Source of the DNA: Amphibalanus amphitrite
Lineage: Eukaryota
Length of the DNA: 64,000 nt
Reading direction: 5' to 3'
Assembly (NCBI RefSeq): GCF_019059575.1
Contig: NW_024881729.1
Coordinates: forward strand, 416,406-480,405
The notes under the pieces were generated by a model, which saw nothing but the letters and a program-made list of their open reading frames with translations, ran no database searches and was not told the origin of the DNA. This document shows positions 49,602 to 59,784 of this stretch, one piece after another. How positions within the stretch are numbered: the stretch's first letter is position 1; the number at the start of each line of letters is the position of its first letter. The translations under genes were made by a program, and so were the position numbers.

Positions 49602-49865
49602 CTGGAGCAGAGGGAAGGGACGGTCAGAACCCAGAGAGAAGGTCAGGTGTCACTTATTAACTAAGCTCACGTGATCTGAAATGAACTGGTCTCATTCTTG
49701 AACTCACTCTGTTGTAATGAACTGACATTTTAAAACGGACTGTTTTAGCGCGCAATTCTTAAAATGAAGGCGATACATCTCTTTCCTAAATACGAACTGA
49801 AGCAATAAATGGCAATCAGCAAAACATCAACTAGAATCAAATGAGAAATTGTAAAATTGACTTAC

Positions 49866-50093
49866 TGAGCGCCACGTCGATGGAGGCCGTGACCTTTGCC
49901 CCGCCCACGGCGGCCTCTCGATGGCCGCCGGGCGGAGTTTGGTCCACCTCGTCGTCAGATGGCAGCAGCTCCGCGCCCTCCGGTGATGGCGCCTCCCTGC
50001 CGCCAGCGGGCGCCACCGCCGTGTAGTCGCTCACGGTGAGGCCGGCCACACCCTCCCGGACTTCGGGGAGAGCTCCGCTCACCTCGTGACCGG
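49866..50093 (-). CDS. ERCC6L2: ERCC6L2-like exon (…AGHEVSGALPEVREGVAGLTVSDYTAVAPAGGREAPSPEGAELLPSDDEVDQTPPGGHREAAVGGAKVTASIDVAL-)
   Basis: ccttccccaccag acceptor and GTAAGT donor. Phase 1 in and out links the flanking exons. Confidence 0.5.
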
Positions 50094-50469
50094 CTGGTGG
50101 GGAAGGAAAGGGTTTTGGTGAGTGTGGTGATACGATGGAGGGAAACGTAACCAGATGGCAATATGACGAGAGAATAATCACGAAACTGACTTCCAGTCTT
50201 CCAGTCCACCAGTCCCTTCGTCAGGTGTCCGTCAATCGACCAATCAGTCAGCTACCTATCAGTCTCCCAATCAGCCAGTCACAAAGCCTCAGTAGGTCAG
50301 CAGTCCCTTACGTCATAGCAGGCCTAATGTTCATCAGTCAATCCCTCTGTCCATCAGTCCCTCGCTAGCCAGCCGTCAGGAGCCTCTCCAGCCCTCCTGT
50401 GTGACTTCAGCAGTCCTTCCGTTTGTCCCTCCCTTCCTCATTCCCCCAGTCCCACCCTCAGTCCCTCAC

Positions 50470-50668
50470 CAGCGGCAGTAAGGAGCCTCTCCATCCTCCT
50501 ATGCGAGTCCAGCAGCCCCTCGGTCAGCCTGCCGTCCACCCGCAGCTGCAGCAGGTTGTGCAGCCCAAACAGCTCCCCCTGCAGGCCCGGCCGGCCGGCG
50601 GAGGCGGAGAACAGACGCGGCCCGGTGCCGCCCTCCACGGCGAGGGTGGAGAGCTGCTGCTTGTACAC
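50470..50668 (-). CDS. ERCC6L2: ERCC6L2-like exon (VYKQQLSTLAVEGGTGPRLFSASAGRPGLQGELFGLHNLLQLRVDGRLTEGLLDSHRRMERLLTAA-)
   Basis: Matches human [42 protein letters not shown]. ccaacag acceptor, GTGAGG donor. Confidence 0.75.
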
Positions 50669-50951
50669 CTGTTGGATTGATGGGAGGGAAAGGACAGTCA
50701 GTGAAGAGCATAGGTGGCTTTAACTGCGAAGAACAGTAGGCGTACGACCTCACACGTAAGTGGTAAATACAACCATAATTTGATCTGATCATTTGACGTA
50801 ATATGAAAACGAAGGGTGGCACCAATGTCTTTTTTGTAAGAAAAACCCTACATAAACCCGGGAGATAAAATGAAGTGATCGGTAAGTAGAAGAGTATGAA
50901 TATGCATTGAATATACTCAGAATGATCGTTCCAGCTCCACTATCTACTGAC

Positions 50952-51039
50952 CTGTCTGAGGTAGATGTTCTCCTCGATCGTACCGGCCGTGACGAGTCGA
51001 AACACACTCACATCCTTAGTCTGTCCCAGTCGGTACGCC
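50952..51039 (-). CDS. ERCC6L2: ERCC6L2-like exon ([29 protein letters not shown]), helicase C-terminal domain motif VI region
   Basis: Matches human [29 protein letters not shown]. ttacag acceptor, GTCAGT donor. Confidence 0.85.
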
Positions 51040-51191
51040 CTGTAAGTAAACAGCACATAAAAAATAAATACACCTGGTCGAGGGATGGAAGGGCTATGAA
51101 AAGGAACTGGCAGGACGCGTCACCTAGCAGCGACTTTTCCGTGATTACCATAAAAAGTGAAGCGAGTGATGCATCTTATCCAGCCTCTCAC

Positions 51192-51395
51192 CTGTCCTGC
51201 GCCTGCAGGTCGTGCGCCGGGTTCCAGCTGGGGTCCACCACCACCACCGCCGTGGCGCCAACAATGTTCAGCCCCTGACCGCCAGCCCGGGTCGACACTA
51301 GCGCCACCGCCCACTGCGGCCGGCGGCAGAACTGCTCGCACAGCGCCGGCCGCTCAGAGGCAGGCGTCTCGCCGTCAATGTAGGTCAGGTCAAAC
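51192..51395 (-). CDS. ERCC6L2: ERCC6L2-like exon (QFDLTYIDGETPASERPALCEQFCRRPQWAVALVSTRAGGQGLNIVGATAVVVVDPSWNPAHDLQAQD-), helicase C domain
   Basis: Matches human [69 protein letters not shown]. cctctccag acceptor, GTGAGA donor. Confidence 0.9.
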
Positions 51396-51745
51396 CTGGA
51401 GAGGTGCGGGTTAGGTCAACCGGGCACAGTATTAGTCAGGAGAATGTGATGGTGACCTGATGAAACCGAAAAATAGTGGTAGGTCCTGATAACTTTTGAG
51501 GAGACATATCAATTGCAATAAATGAGCTCTGCTTATTTGCCTTTGCAGCTAGGTAATTGCTAGGTAATTGCTAATTGCAGCTAGCCTCACCTCGTAGCCA
51601 TTTCGTTCATGCATCATGACTCAAATGTATTATAGAACTAAAAAATAGAATAGTTATACAAGCCGCAGGAGTGGATAAGCCAACAACCAGTTCCATAGCG
51701 CGACGAAAAACTCAAAAAGTGGAAGAAGAGCCAGGAAATACTCAC

Positions 51746-51855
51746 TGTTGATTTAATACGTAGGCTCGTATTATCTTGAGCATTCTAGTGGAATACGAGA
51801 ATATCAGCACCTTCTGAGATTTCTGACGGAAGTGCTCAATTAAGGTGGTCAGCAC
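51746..51855 (-). CDS. ERCC6L2: ERCC6L2-like exon (VLTTLIEHFRQKSQKVLIFSYSTRMLKIIRAYVLNQ-)
   Basis: Matches human [32 protein letters not shown]. tttacag acceptor, GTGAGT donor. Confidence 0.85.
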
Positions 51856-52080
51856 CTGTAAATGAAAGCAGGGTGTGATCACACAGTCTTCATTATCATA
51901 TTGCCAATGTAAAATATCGCAAAATGAATGCTCCTTTGAGCATTCGGCAAACACTCAAATCATGGATATATGAGCAGAGTACATGTCGGTTGATAAGAAG
52001 GATAATCAGCGAGACAGAAGATCTCGTCATCAACCATTTACTCCCAAATATCCGACGACCCTAATGTTCCATTTCATTAC

Positions 52081-52182
52081 CTTCATTTTGCCGCAGTATT
52101 TCGGATCGGAGAGCGCACGATACGCCTGTGATCGACTAAGGCGAGCCAGTTCGGGAAACTGGTCAAACACTGACTGGCAGAC
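52081..52182 (-). CDS. ERCC6L2: ERCC6L2-like exon (VCQSVFDQFPELARLSRSQAYRALSDPKYCGKMK)
   Basis: Matches human [34 protein letters not shown]. ttgtttcag acceptor, GTAATG donor. Confidence 0.85.
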
Positions 52183-52385
52183 CTGAAACAAGCCGACAGT
52201 AGGGCAACGTTAACAGAAGACATATTTCAGACATAAACAACAAACAGAAAATATTAGATGCTACAATTCAGAGTACATATAGTTCCTGCTTCTAGCCTAG
52301 CGTGCCCCGGCATCCCTCTTCCGAGCCGTCCAACTAATTTGATGCAGACAGATGCAATTAACTCAAAAATCGTCCCTAACTTTTC

Positions 52386-52628
52386 CCACCTGTCGTGCCA
52401 CCTTGTTCTGTTTTACGGAGGCGCCCCAATAGACACACAAATATGTCTCCGAATATCCTTACCTGACGAGCCATCCTGTTCTGCTGAGCGGAGGCGCTCC
52501 CGCTGGGCAGCAGCAGACACGGGTGGTTAGTGGTTGACTACTACTGTCCCGTTCCCCGTCTTACCTGCCGTGCCATCCTGTTCTGCTGAGCGGAGGCGCT
52601 CCCGCTGGGCAGCAGCAGACACGGGTGG
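52386..52628. repeat. roughly 100-bp tandem repeat (about 2.5 units). Each unit contains the last 56 nt of the ERCC6L2-like exon at 52565-52693 plus its 5-prime splice donor (minus-strand caggtaag).
   Basis: The string atcctgttctgctgagcggaggcgctcccgctgggcagcagcagacacgggtggtt occurs at 52475-52530 and 52573-52628, each preceded by cttacctg. A diverged third copy lies at 52386-52458. Confidence 0.8.
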
Positions 52629-52693
52629 TTGCTAACCTTCATCAGCAGGCTCATGTAGGAGAGCGCTACTCCGGCCGCCGGGCCGGACTCGTG
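52565..52693 (-). CDS. ERCC6L2: ERCC6L2-like exon (HESGPAAGVALSYMSLLMKVSNHPCLLLPSGSASAQQNRMARQ)
   Basis: Matches human [41 protein letters not shown]. ttatttcag acceptor, GTAAG donor. Confidence 0.8.
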
Positions 52694-52960
52694 CTGAAAT
52701 AACACGACAACGCATAACTAAGGAGAATAGCATTTTATCAATTGACAATAGTAACTACATGCGTTACACACATGCCTTCCGCATGGCAACAGTAAAAATG
52801 TAACAACGTTTTCCAGTACCGAGCAACATGACATATAAAGCACTCACAGAGCGAGATAAGACCTAAGCACTTCCCTATATTATCATCATCAAACCGCACA
52901 GTTTAAGTGTGCGAAATAGATACCAGTGATAAGTAGACTGTCTCACGCCAGCCACCTTAC

Positions 52961-53101
52961 CTTGAGGCAGCAGCGCGCCGCCCTCCTTCCGCTGCCGCAG
53001 TCACAGGGCCGGGAGCGGCGGACCAGCAGACGCACATCGGGCCGGTCCAGGACGGCGCTGTACACCTGACGCTGCAGCGGCGACGGCGGGCAGTACACTA
53101 T
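52961..53101 (-). CDS. ERCC6L2: ERCC6L2-like exon (IVYCPPSPLQRQVYSAVLDRPDVRLLVRRSRPCDCGSGRRAARCCLK)
   Basis: Matches human [47 protein letters not shown]. tgtcctcag acceptor, GTAAGG donor. Confidence 0.85.
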
Positions 53102-53330
53102 CTGAGGACAGAGGACACAACATTCAGACACAACAGTACTACAGACAGGGGGACGGCGCTGTACACCTGACGCTGCAGCGGCGACGGCGGGCAGTACACT
53201 ATCTGAGGACAGACAGGACACAATGTTCAGACACAACAGTACATCAGCTGCAGACAGGGGGACGGCGCTGTAGACTTGTCGCTGCAGCGAAGACGGCGGA
53301 CAGTACACTATCTGAGGGAACACAGGACAG
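53051..53330. repeat. roughly 101-109-bp tandem repeat, about 2.7 units. Each unit contains the 3-prime splice acceptor (minus-strand cctcag) plus the first roughly 50 nt of the ERCC6L2-like exon at 52961-53101.
   Basis: Units begin ggacggcgctgtacacctgacgctgcagcggcgacggcgggcagtacactatctgaggacag at 53051, 53151 and 53260. Confidence 0.85.
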
Positions 53331-53619
53331 CTCATCTAAAGACATAATATATGGCACACCACAGAACACGCCGCCGTATCTGAGGGCACCGGTAAACTTT
53401 TATAAATTGGAGGCACACTATGTTATTAGCTGGGGCCTGGGGGCGTTTAGGTACGGTGCCTAATTTTGGGATGGAGCAAGACACGAACTATCTGGGAACA
53501 GAAAACACTCTTTGGGGTCATAGTGCATTTCTGGAAAAAAAATCCCAGTCCTCTCGCCTCTCCGTCCCTCCCTCTCCAAGCCAGGTAGGTACATGTCGCT
53601 ACGCCCCACACTGACGTAC

Positions 53620-53773
53620 CTGATCGGTCTTGTTGGGCAGTTGGTCGGCAATGAGCGCCTTGGTTCGCCGCAGCACCCAGCGCTGCCGCATTGTGGCCAG
53701 CAGCTCCCGGCACCGCCAGGACTCGGCCACGTCCCGCTTCACGGCGCCGCGCCGGCGACCGCGCTCTATGGGC
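53620..53773 (-). CDS. ERCC6L2: ERCC6L2-like exon (-PIERGRRRGAVKRDVAESWRCRELLATMRQRWVLRRTKALIADQLPNKTDQ)
   Basis: Matches human [51 protein letters not shown]. tacccag acceptor, GTACGT donor. Confidence 0.85.
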
Positions 53774-54087
53774 CTGGGTACGGGAGGGAAGGTCAGCTCA
53801 CTATTGCAGCTGTAGGGACGGACGCATGGATTCCTGTAGAGAAGAGCAATTACACCAGTATGCTGCTAGATAAAATACCGGAATAATCGGTCCACTTCGT
53901 CGTGATTAACTGACGCACAGCTTGGCTAGGCTAAAACACAAGTGTAAATAACAAGACGCCGAAATAATATCAAACACCAACAATGAACAAGGTTTCCATG
54001 TTCGACCAGAACTAAACAAAAACTGAGAGGGCTAGCCAAAGAAATGGTGCAGCAAATAGCGATGAGACGGCCACGTTGTTGCCTCAC

Positions 54088-54176
54088 CTAACAAAGTCGT
54101 TGACGAACTGCTCACAGGTGCCGAGACACCCGGGGTTGGCCCAGTCCAACAGACACCAGAACTCGCGCAAATCGTT
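54088..54176 (-). CDS. ERCC6L2: ERCC6L2-like exon (NDLREFWCLLDWANPGCLGTCEQFVNDFV-)
   Basis: Matches human [30 protein letters not shown] (helicase motif III region). tctttcag acceptor, GTGAGG donor. Confidence 0.85.
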
Positions 54177-54365
54177 CTGAAAGAGCAGACATGTCGTCAT
54201 TCATCCAGCAGTTTAAATTTGGAGTCATTTACATAGCTTCTCAGTACTGAGAAAGTTGTAAAAGATAACGCAATAACAATGCTTAACACACTAAAACAAA
54301 GCTCCCTCGTACATTTTCTGCTTGCGCGCAACACAACCGACGTCAGAATCCCGTCCCGCACGCAC

Positions 54366-54585
54366 CTGCACCACCGTCCCGGAGAGGCCGATGCGTCGCC
54401 GGCAGTCCAGGCCGCCCAGCGCCTGTGTCACCAATGACGTCACTGATTTCAGCCGGTGCGCCTCGTCCACGATGACGGCCGACCAATCGGGGCCGTTCAG
54501 CGCGGTCACGTGGTCCCGGGCGGCCTCAAACGAGCTGAGAACTACGTCCAGGGTCCGGTTCCGAGACGCCCTCAGCACTTCGGGC
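54366..54585 (-). CDS. ERCC6L2: ERCC6L2-like exon ([74 protein letters not shown]): helicase motif II (DEAH box) and motif III
   Basis: Matches human …[45 protein letters not shown]. ccccaag acceptor, GTGCGT donor. Confidence 0.9.
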
Positions 54586-54696
54586 CTTGGGGACAATTTG
54601 AGAAAGCGTCAGAGCCTTCATGGCAGCAACAAAGGAGGCGAATCGGCACCTCCGACTGGTAAATCAAAGCAATTCGTTTTCTGAAACAGGATTGAT

Positions 54697-54950
54697 TGGT
54701 TGAATGAATGAATGAATGAATGAATGAATGAATGAATGAATGAATGAATGAATGAATGAATGAATGAATGACAGAAAGAATGCAAAAATGAATGAATGAA
54801 TGAATGAATGAATGAATGAATGAATAAATGAATAAATGAATGAATGAATGAATGAATGAATGAATGAATGAATGAATGAATGAAAGAATGCAAGAATGAA
54901 TGAGTGAATGAATGAGTGAATGAATGAATGAATGAGCATTTGAATGAAAG
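54697..54950. repeat. (TGAA)n/(GAAT)n tetranucleotide microsatellite, about 250 bp, in an ERCC6L2-like intron
   Basis: Direct reading. Confidence 0.95.
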
Positions 54951-55164
54951 AGCGAATCCGCAAACGTACGAATTTATAATACGACATTCATACGACAAAG
55001 GATAATTATCAAATTAAAACGCATAAAGGAACGAAAAACGAGCGAATGACGGTGAAAAAAAAATAAAACGGAAACAAACGATCGAACGAATGAACAAGCA
55101 ACAAACGAACGGACGAGTGAGCAACCACGTTTGTTCCAAGCTCCGGTTAGTCCCGCTCGCTCAC

Positions 55165-55354
55165 CTCCGGTCCCTGACAAACAGACCGACATCGAACGTC
55201 CCCCATGTGTTGAGCTCCGACAGCCAGTTGTACAGTACAGCGGCGGGACATATGACGAGGACGGGAGGTGGACGGGGAGGCAGCAGTGGCGGGGCCACAT
55301 CGAGCGTCTCCAGACTGCGGAGGAACGGCGGCGTGCTCCGGCCGTCCGAGCGGT
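55165..55354 (-). CDS. ERCC6L2: ERCC6L2-like exon (-DRSDGRSTPPFLRSLETLDVAPPLLPPRPPPVLVICPAAVLYNWLSELNTWGTFDVGLFVRDR-): helicase motif Ia
   Basis: Matches human …[31 protein letters not shown]. ctcccccag acceptor, GTGAGC donor. Confidence 0.9.
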
Positions 55355-55666
55355 CTGGGGGAGACAGCAGGGACAAAATCAAAGTCATGAGTCATGGGCT
55401 TCATTTTGCATGAAACATGGGTATCAAAAATATAATTGGGTGTGTTATCCAAGCATCTAAGGCATCAAAACACCTTATACAGTATACACTCATATCTGTG
55501 GGAAGGAAAAACGATATGCATATTTGAGTTGACTATGAATTGAGCTTGAAGTTTTAAATAAAAAATGTCAGGGTTTTTACATGGTTTTCTAGTTTTGAAT
55601 CAAGTGCCTACTGCCTACCATCTATCAACACATCATATCAGAGTTCATTGGGATTGTCCAACAAAC

Positions 55667-55832
55667 CTGATTTGTGCAGGATGGCTGCTATGAATGCAAT
55701 GGACTGAATGGTCTTCCCAAGGCCCATGTCATCAGCCAGAATGGCACCAGCATTGTCTCTGTACCTGCTGTACAGAAACTGAACCCCCTCCCGCTGGTAG
55801 GGGCGCAGATGCTTGTTGATTGAACCTGGCAC
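55667..55832 (-). CDS. ERCC6L2: ERCC6L2-like exon ([55 protein letters not shown]-): SNF2 N-terminal Q-motif and Walker A (motif I)
   Basis: Matches human [56 protein letters not shown]. tcatttttag acceptor, GTTTGT donor. Confidence 0.9.
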
Positions 55833-56044
55833 CTAAAAATGAAAAGACATGAAGATGATGTTAGAAAGCTCATTTACCAAAAATGTCAGTCACAACGTTA
55901 TTTTTTTCTTTTTTTAATCAAGCAAATTCTTCTTAACAACAGTTGATATTCAATACAACACATGCACATGATTGCAGGTAGATACTTAAATAATCAACAT
56001 CAACATGTTTCCTCATTGGTAAAATAATCACAAAAGAAGATTAA

Positions 56045-56672
56045 CTACTATGAACGTCAAACCCCTTGAGACCCCACTTTTTTGCGATAATTTTTAAATG
56101 CGTCAACTTTCGTTGACAATATTCTGGCAATGTATGTTTCAGAACCTGCCGAAACTTTTGTTACTAAGGTATTTTGACGCCAAACGATTATGGAAGGTAC
56201 TTCTCATTCACTCGTAATGTTAAGGTCAATTCAGGCCCGGGCAGAGGCTTGCGCTCGGCCACACTCGAGCCCCGCCACCAGCGCCATCTGCTCTAAATGC
56301 CATCTACCAGCGCCCGCTACCGCTACCAGCTACCGCCCACCATCAAGCCTGAATGGAGCGAGAGACGCGAGTGACCGGTCGCCGGGCAAGGAGCGCCGGA
56401 GGGGTAGGGCGGAGCTTAGCGCTGACGTCATTACATGGCTCCGCCCCATGAGCGCGTAGCCTCTACCCAAACAGCAGATTCGTTCCGTGAAATTTAACAT
56501 TACGAGTGAATGAGAAGTACCTTTAATAATCGTTTGGCGTCAAAATACCTTAGTAATAAAAGTTTCGACAGGTTCTGAAACACACATTGCCAGAATATTG
56601 TCAACGAGAGTTGACGCATTTAAAAATTATCGCAAAAAAGTGGGGTCTCAAGGGGTTTGACATCCATAGTAG
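56045..56672. mobile_element. non-autonomous DNA transposon (MITE-like). About 178-bp terminal inverted repeats (about 95% identical) flank a roughly 255-bp GC-rich core.
   Basis: The left arm 56045-56222 is the reverse complement of the right arm 56479-56672, read directly. No ORF. Located in an ERCC6L2-like intron. Target-site duplication not resolved. Confidence 0.7.
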
Positions 56673-56748
56673 GTAATTATACTGCCTGAAATGTTCTGCT
56701 TAATAATTTTATTGTTATGGTTACATTTTATCTGTTTGTTTTCCCTAC

Positions 56749-56846
56749 CTGAATAATATGACCATCCTCACTGCCTAGGACCAGACATTCTGAGTCAGTG
56801 CTTTCTTGTTCTGTGGAGACGCTCATGATGTCCACAGTTCGAGATT
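56749..56846 (-). CDS. ERCC6L2: ERCC6L2-like upstream exon (…SRTVDIMSVSTEQESTDSECLVLGSEDGHIIQ). Contains a candidate initiator ATG at 56826-56824, but it also has a good 3-prime splice acceptor, so more 5-prime exons may exist.
   Basis: GTAGGG donor with a phase-0 junction to the next exon gives …[23 protein letters not shown], compared with human …[21 protein letters not shown]. The frame is open upstream of the ATG to the tgtttccag acceptor. Confidence 0.5.
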
Positions 56847-57243
56847 CTGGAAACATACACACATCAGCATCAGCATGGGACCATTATGAAAAACTGGGGA
56901 GGCACTAGAACATGTTGAAAATGTCAAATGATAGCAGAAAATGTCTATTCCCAATTGCTAATTGGGAATTTGAATTGGGATGAATCGCACATTCAAGTTC
57001 AAGTTTCAATCACCAAGCCCTAATAGGTAATCTCTGTCTAGGGACTCAGGATCCTAATCTTGATGACACCCTTGTGTGACAATGAATATGCTTAAAATAG
57101 GCTACTCAGGGCACCTTAAAAACCTCAATGGTACCTGTAGACTGTAAATAATTAATTTAAATAATAGTAGACTGTAATAATTGTAGACTGTAAATGTTCT
57201 TAACCAGTACTTTTCCAGCGTTTTCTCTGTCGAAGACTCCACT

Positions 57244-58722
57244 ATGCCTCCATTCCATGCGAGGTACTCTGGTCCCGAACTCGAGCCTGTAAGTATCACC
57301 CCAGAGGCAGTCATCAACAAGCTTCAGGGTCTCAAGCCCGCCAGCTCCCCGGGCCCCGACGGCATCCACCCACGAATCCTCTCTGAGACTGCCGAGTCTA
57401 TTGCCCCTTCTCTGGCACGGCTGTTCAACATGTCCTTAGCGTCAGGTGAGGTTCCATCCGAATGGAAGCTGGGCGAAGTTGTCCCGATATACAAGAAGGG
57501 GAACAAACAGCTGCCGACAAATTACAGGCCCGTCAGTTTGACTGCTGTTCCATGCAAAATACTGGAGTCCATCATTCGGGACCTCATTATGAACCATATG
57601 GTCTCTACTGGCCAGCTCCACAACGCTCAGCATGGTTTCCGTCCAAAAAGATCGTGCGCAACTCAGCTGCTAGCTACTCTAGAGGACTGGAGCAGGGCGA
57701 TCGAGAGGGGCGAGACAGTGGACGCTATCTATTTGGACTTTTCTAAGGCATTCGACACTGTGCCCCACCAGAGACTCCTCCACAAACTCAGGGCATATGG
57801 GATCGGTGGACACCTGCTCAGATGGATAACAAGTTTCCTGTGCTATAGAAAACAACGAGTTGTCCTGAACGGTTCATCTTCTGACTGGGCCACAGTCAGT
57901 AGCGGCGTTCCTCAGGGCTCGGTCCTGGGACCCCTTCTGTTCGTCCTATTCGTCAACGATCTTCCAGGCCTTATGCAAGGCGGGATACAGATGTTCGCGG
58001 ACGACACGAAGATTTACCGTCCTGTTCAGAACCCCTCTGATGCGGCTCTGCTCCAGGCGGACATCTCCACGGCTGTCGACTGGTCCAGCAAGTGGTGCCT
58101 CAGTTTCAACTCCCAAAAGTGCAAGGTTATCCACGTTGGAAAGCGCATTCCATATGAGTCATATGTCATTGGAGACTACCAGCTTGCTGAGGTTGAAGTT
58201 GAGCGTGATCTAGGCGTCCAAATCGATCAGGACCTCAAGTTTCGTGAACAAGCCGCTGCAGCGGTATCCAGAGCCTCCCAGATGCTCGCGGTGATTCACA
58301 AGTCCTTCGAACGCATCGACGCCACCACGCTACCGCTTCTGTATAAGACCCTGGTACGACCGCACCTCGAGTACTGCAACATCGTATGGGGCCCCTTCAA
58401 TCGCGCTGACCAGCAAAAGGTGGAGCGTGTCCAGAGACGAGCAACGAAGATGATCCCATCACTGAGGAGCCTACCATATGACCAACGACTACGCTCGCTG
58501 AAACTCCCGTCTCTCTATTATCGAAGGCGCCGCGGCGACATGATTATGACGTACCAACTTTTTCATGGGGGTGTTGACCTCGATCCTGAGTCATTCTTTG
58601 AGTTGGCTGACTCTACTACAAGAGGACACCCCTGGAAGCTGTTGAAGCCGAGAGCGTCTTCCCGATCGAGGCGAAATGCGTACAGCGTCCGGGTCGTCAA
58701 TGACTGGAATGGGCCTTGGTAA
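57244..58722 (+). CDS. LINE reverse-transcriptase ORF fragment (492 aa)
   Basis: See above. Confidence 0.8.
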   Translation: MPPFHARYSGPELEPVSITPEAVINKLQGLKPASSPGPDGIHPRILSETAESIAPSLARLFNMSLASGEVPSEWKLGEVVPIYKKGNKQLPTNYRPVSLTAVPCKILESIIRDLIMNHMVSTGQLHNAQHGFRPKRSCATQLLATLEDWSRAIERGETVDAIYLDFSKAFDTVPHQRLLHKLRAYGIGGHLLRWITSFLCYRKQRVVLNGSSSDWATVSSGVPQGSVLGPLLFVLFVNDLPGLMQGGIQMFADDTKIYRPVQNPSDAALLQADISTAVDWSSKWCLSFNSQKCKVIHVGKRIPYESYVIGDYQLAEVEVERDLGVQIDQDLKFREQAAAAVSRASQMLAVIHKSFERIDATTLPLLYKTLVRPHLEYCNIVWGPFNRADQQKVERVQRRATKMIPSLRSLPYDQRLRSLKLPSLYYRRRRGDMIMTYQLFHGGVDLDPESFFELADSTTRGHPWKLLKPRASSRSRRNAYSVRVVNDWNGPW

Positions 58723-59172
58723 CAACTGGATTTCCATTACGTCATGGGTGATGATGTCACACCACGGGTGACGTTTCACTGCTGCTGCTGCTGTCCACGG
58801 AGGGCAGCGTTTGTGAGTGGAAAACAGTAGCAACATTGTAAATGAAGGCAGTATTGGCGCTTATGCTACATATGAAATTTATAACAACATATTGATATTG
58901 GTGAATGTTTATTTTTGTTACTTTTCATAAACCCTCCATTTGGGCCTTGGTAACAACTGGATTTCCATTACGTCATGGGTGATGATGTCACACCACGGGT
59001 GACGTTTCACTGCTGCTGCTGCTGTCCACGGAGGGCAGCGTTTGTGAGTGGAAAACAGTAGCAACATTGTAAATGAAGGCAGTATTGGCGCTTATGCTAC
59101 ATATGAAATTTATAACAACATAAAAAAAATTGATATTAGTGAATGTTTATTTTTGTTACTTTTCATAAACCC
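57244..59172 (+). mobile_element. 5-prime-truncated CR1/L2-like LINE copy (reverse-transcriptase ORF 57244-58722). Its 3-prime UTR consists of two roughly 230-bp tandem units (58714-58943, 58944-59172).
   Basis: Reverse-transcriptase motifs (FRPKRSCATQL, YLDFSKAFDTVPH, FADDTKIY) and the characteristic CR1-type C-terminus (…YYRRRRGDMIMTYQLFHGGVDLDPESFFELADSTTRGHPWKLLKPRASSRSRRNAYSVRVVNDWN). The 230-bp duplication was read directly. Confidence 0.8.
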
Positions 59173-59784
59173 TCCATTTCAGGGTCTGCATGCAAAATTT
59201 CTGTTATTTTAGAGTCAAGCTATTGTACTAAGGGATTTATTTTGGCAATTTAGTCATTTGTTAGGTTATAAGGCTGCAGAAACTTTCAGTTGAGGTTGGT
59301 ATCCACTATCCAGTTGCAGCTATAATTAATTGTGTCATATTTTGTATCATTTTCTGAACATGTAAACACCTACCTATATGAATTCAAATTTTGTGATTGT
59401 AGAAAAGCAGTTACCCTCACATTGCAGCGGGGATTAGAACAATTAACCACACTTGTTATACAAAAAGCCTGTTTGCCATCAATTTTGGGAATCCAAATTG
59501 GGTATTGGTCAGGTAGATGTAGCACAAGCTGCCCGATGCACGAGAATGGGTCTTTCTAACCAAACCTTACCTAACCTGACCTACAACCTACAGCCTTAAA
59601 CCTAAAATTTACAACCTACGACCTAGTCCTACGGTATGGCATATCACAACAGCTTGTGCTACGTCTGCTACCATGACCCAACTTTGTGCCAATTCATACC
59701 AACTTGGGATGACAGTCACTGCAGATGTGTGCTGACCATGCAGGTCTTTGTTACAATTGCAATTCTATTGTGTTACAGGTTCGG

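Noticed and set aside
54618-54998. Minus-strand ORFs encoding (HSFI)n-type repeats
   Set aside because: Artefactual translation of the (TGAA)n microsatellite.
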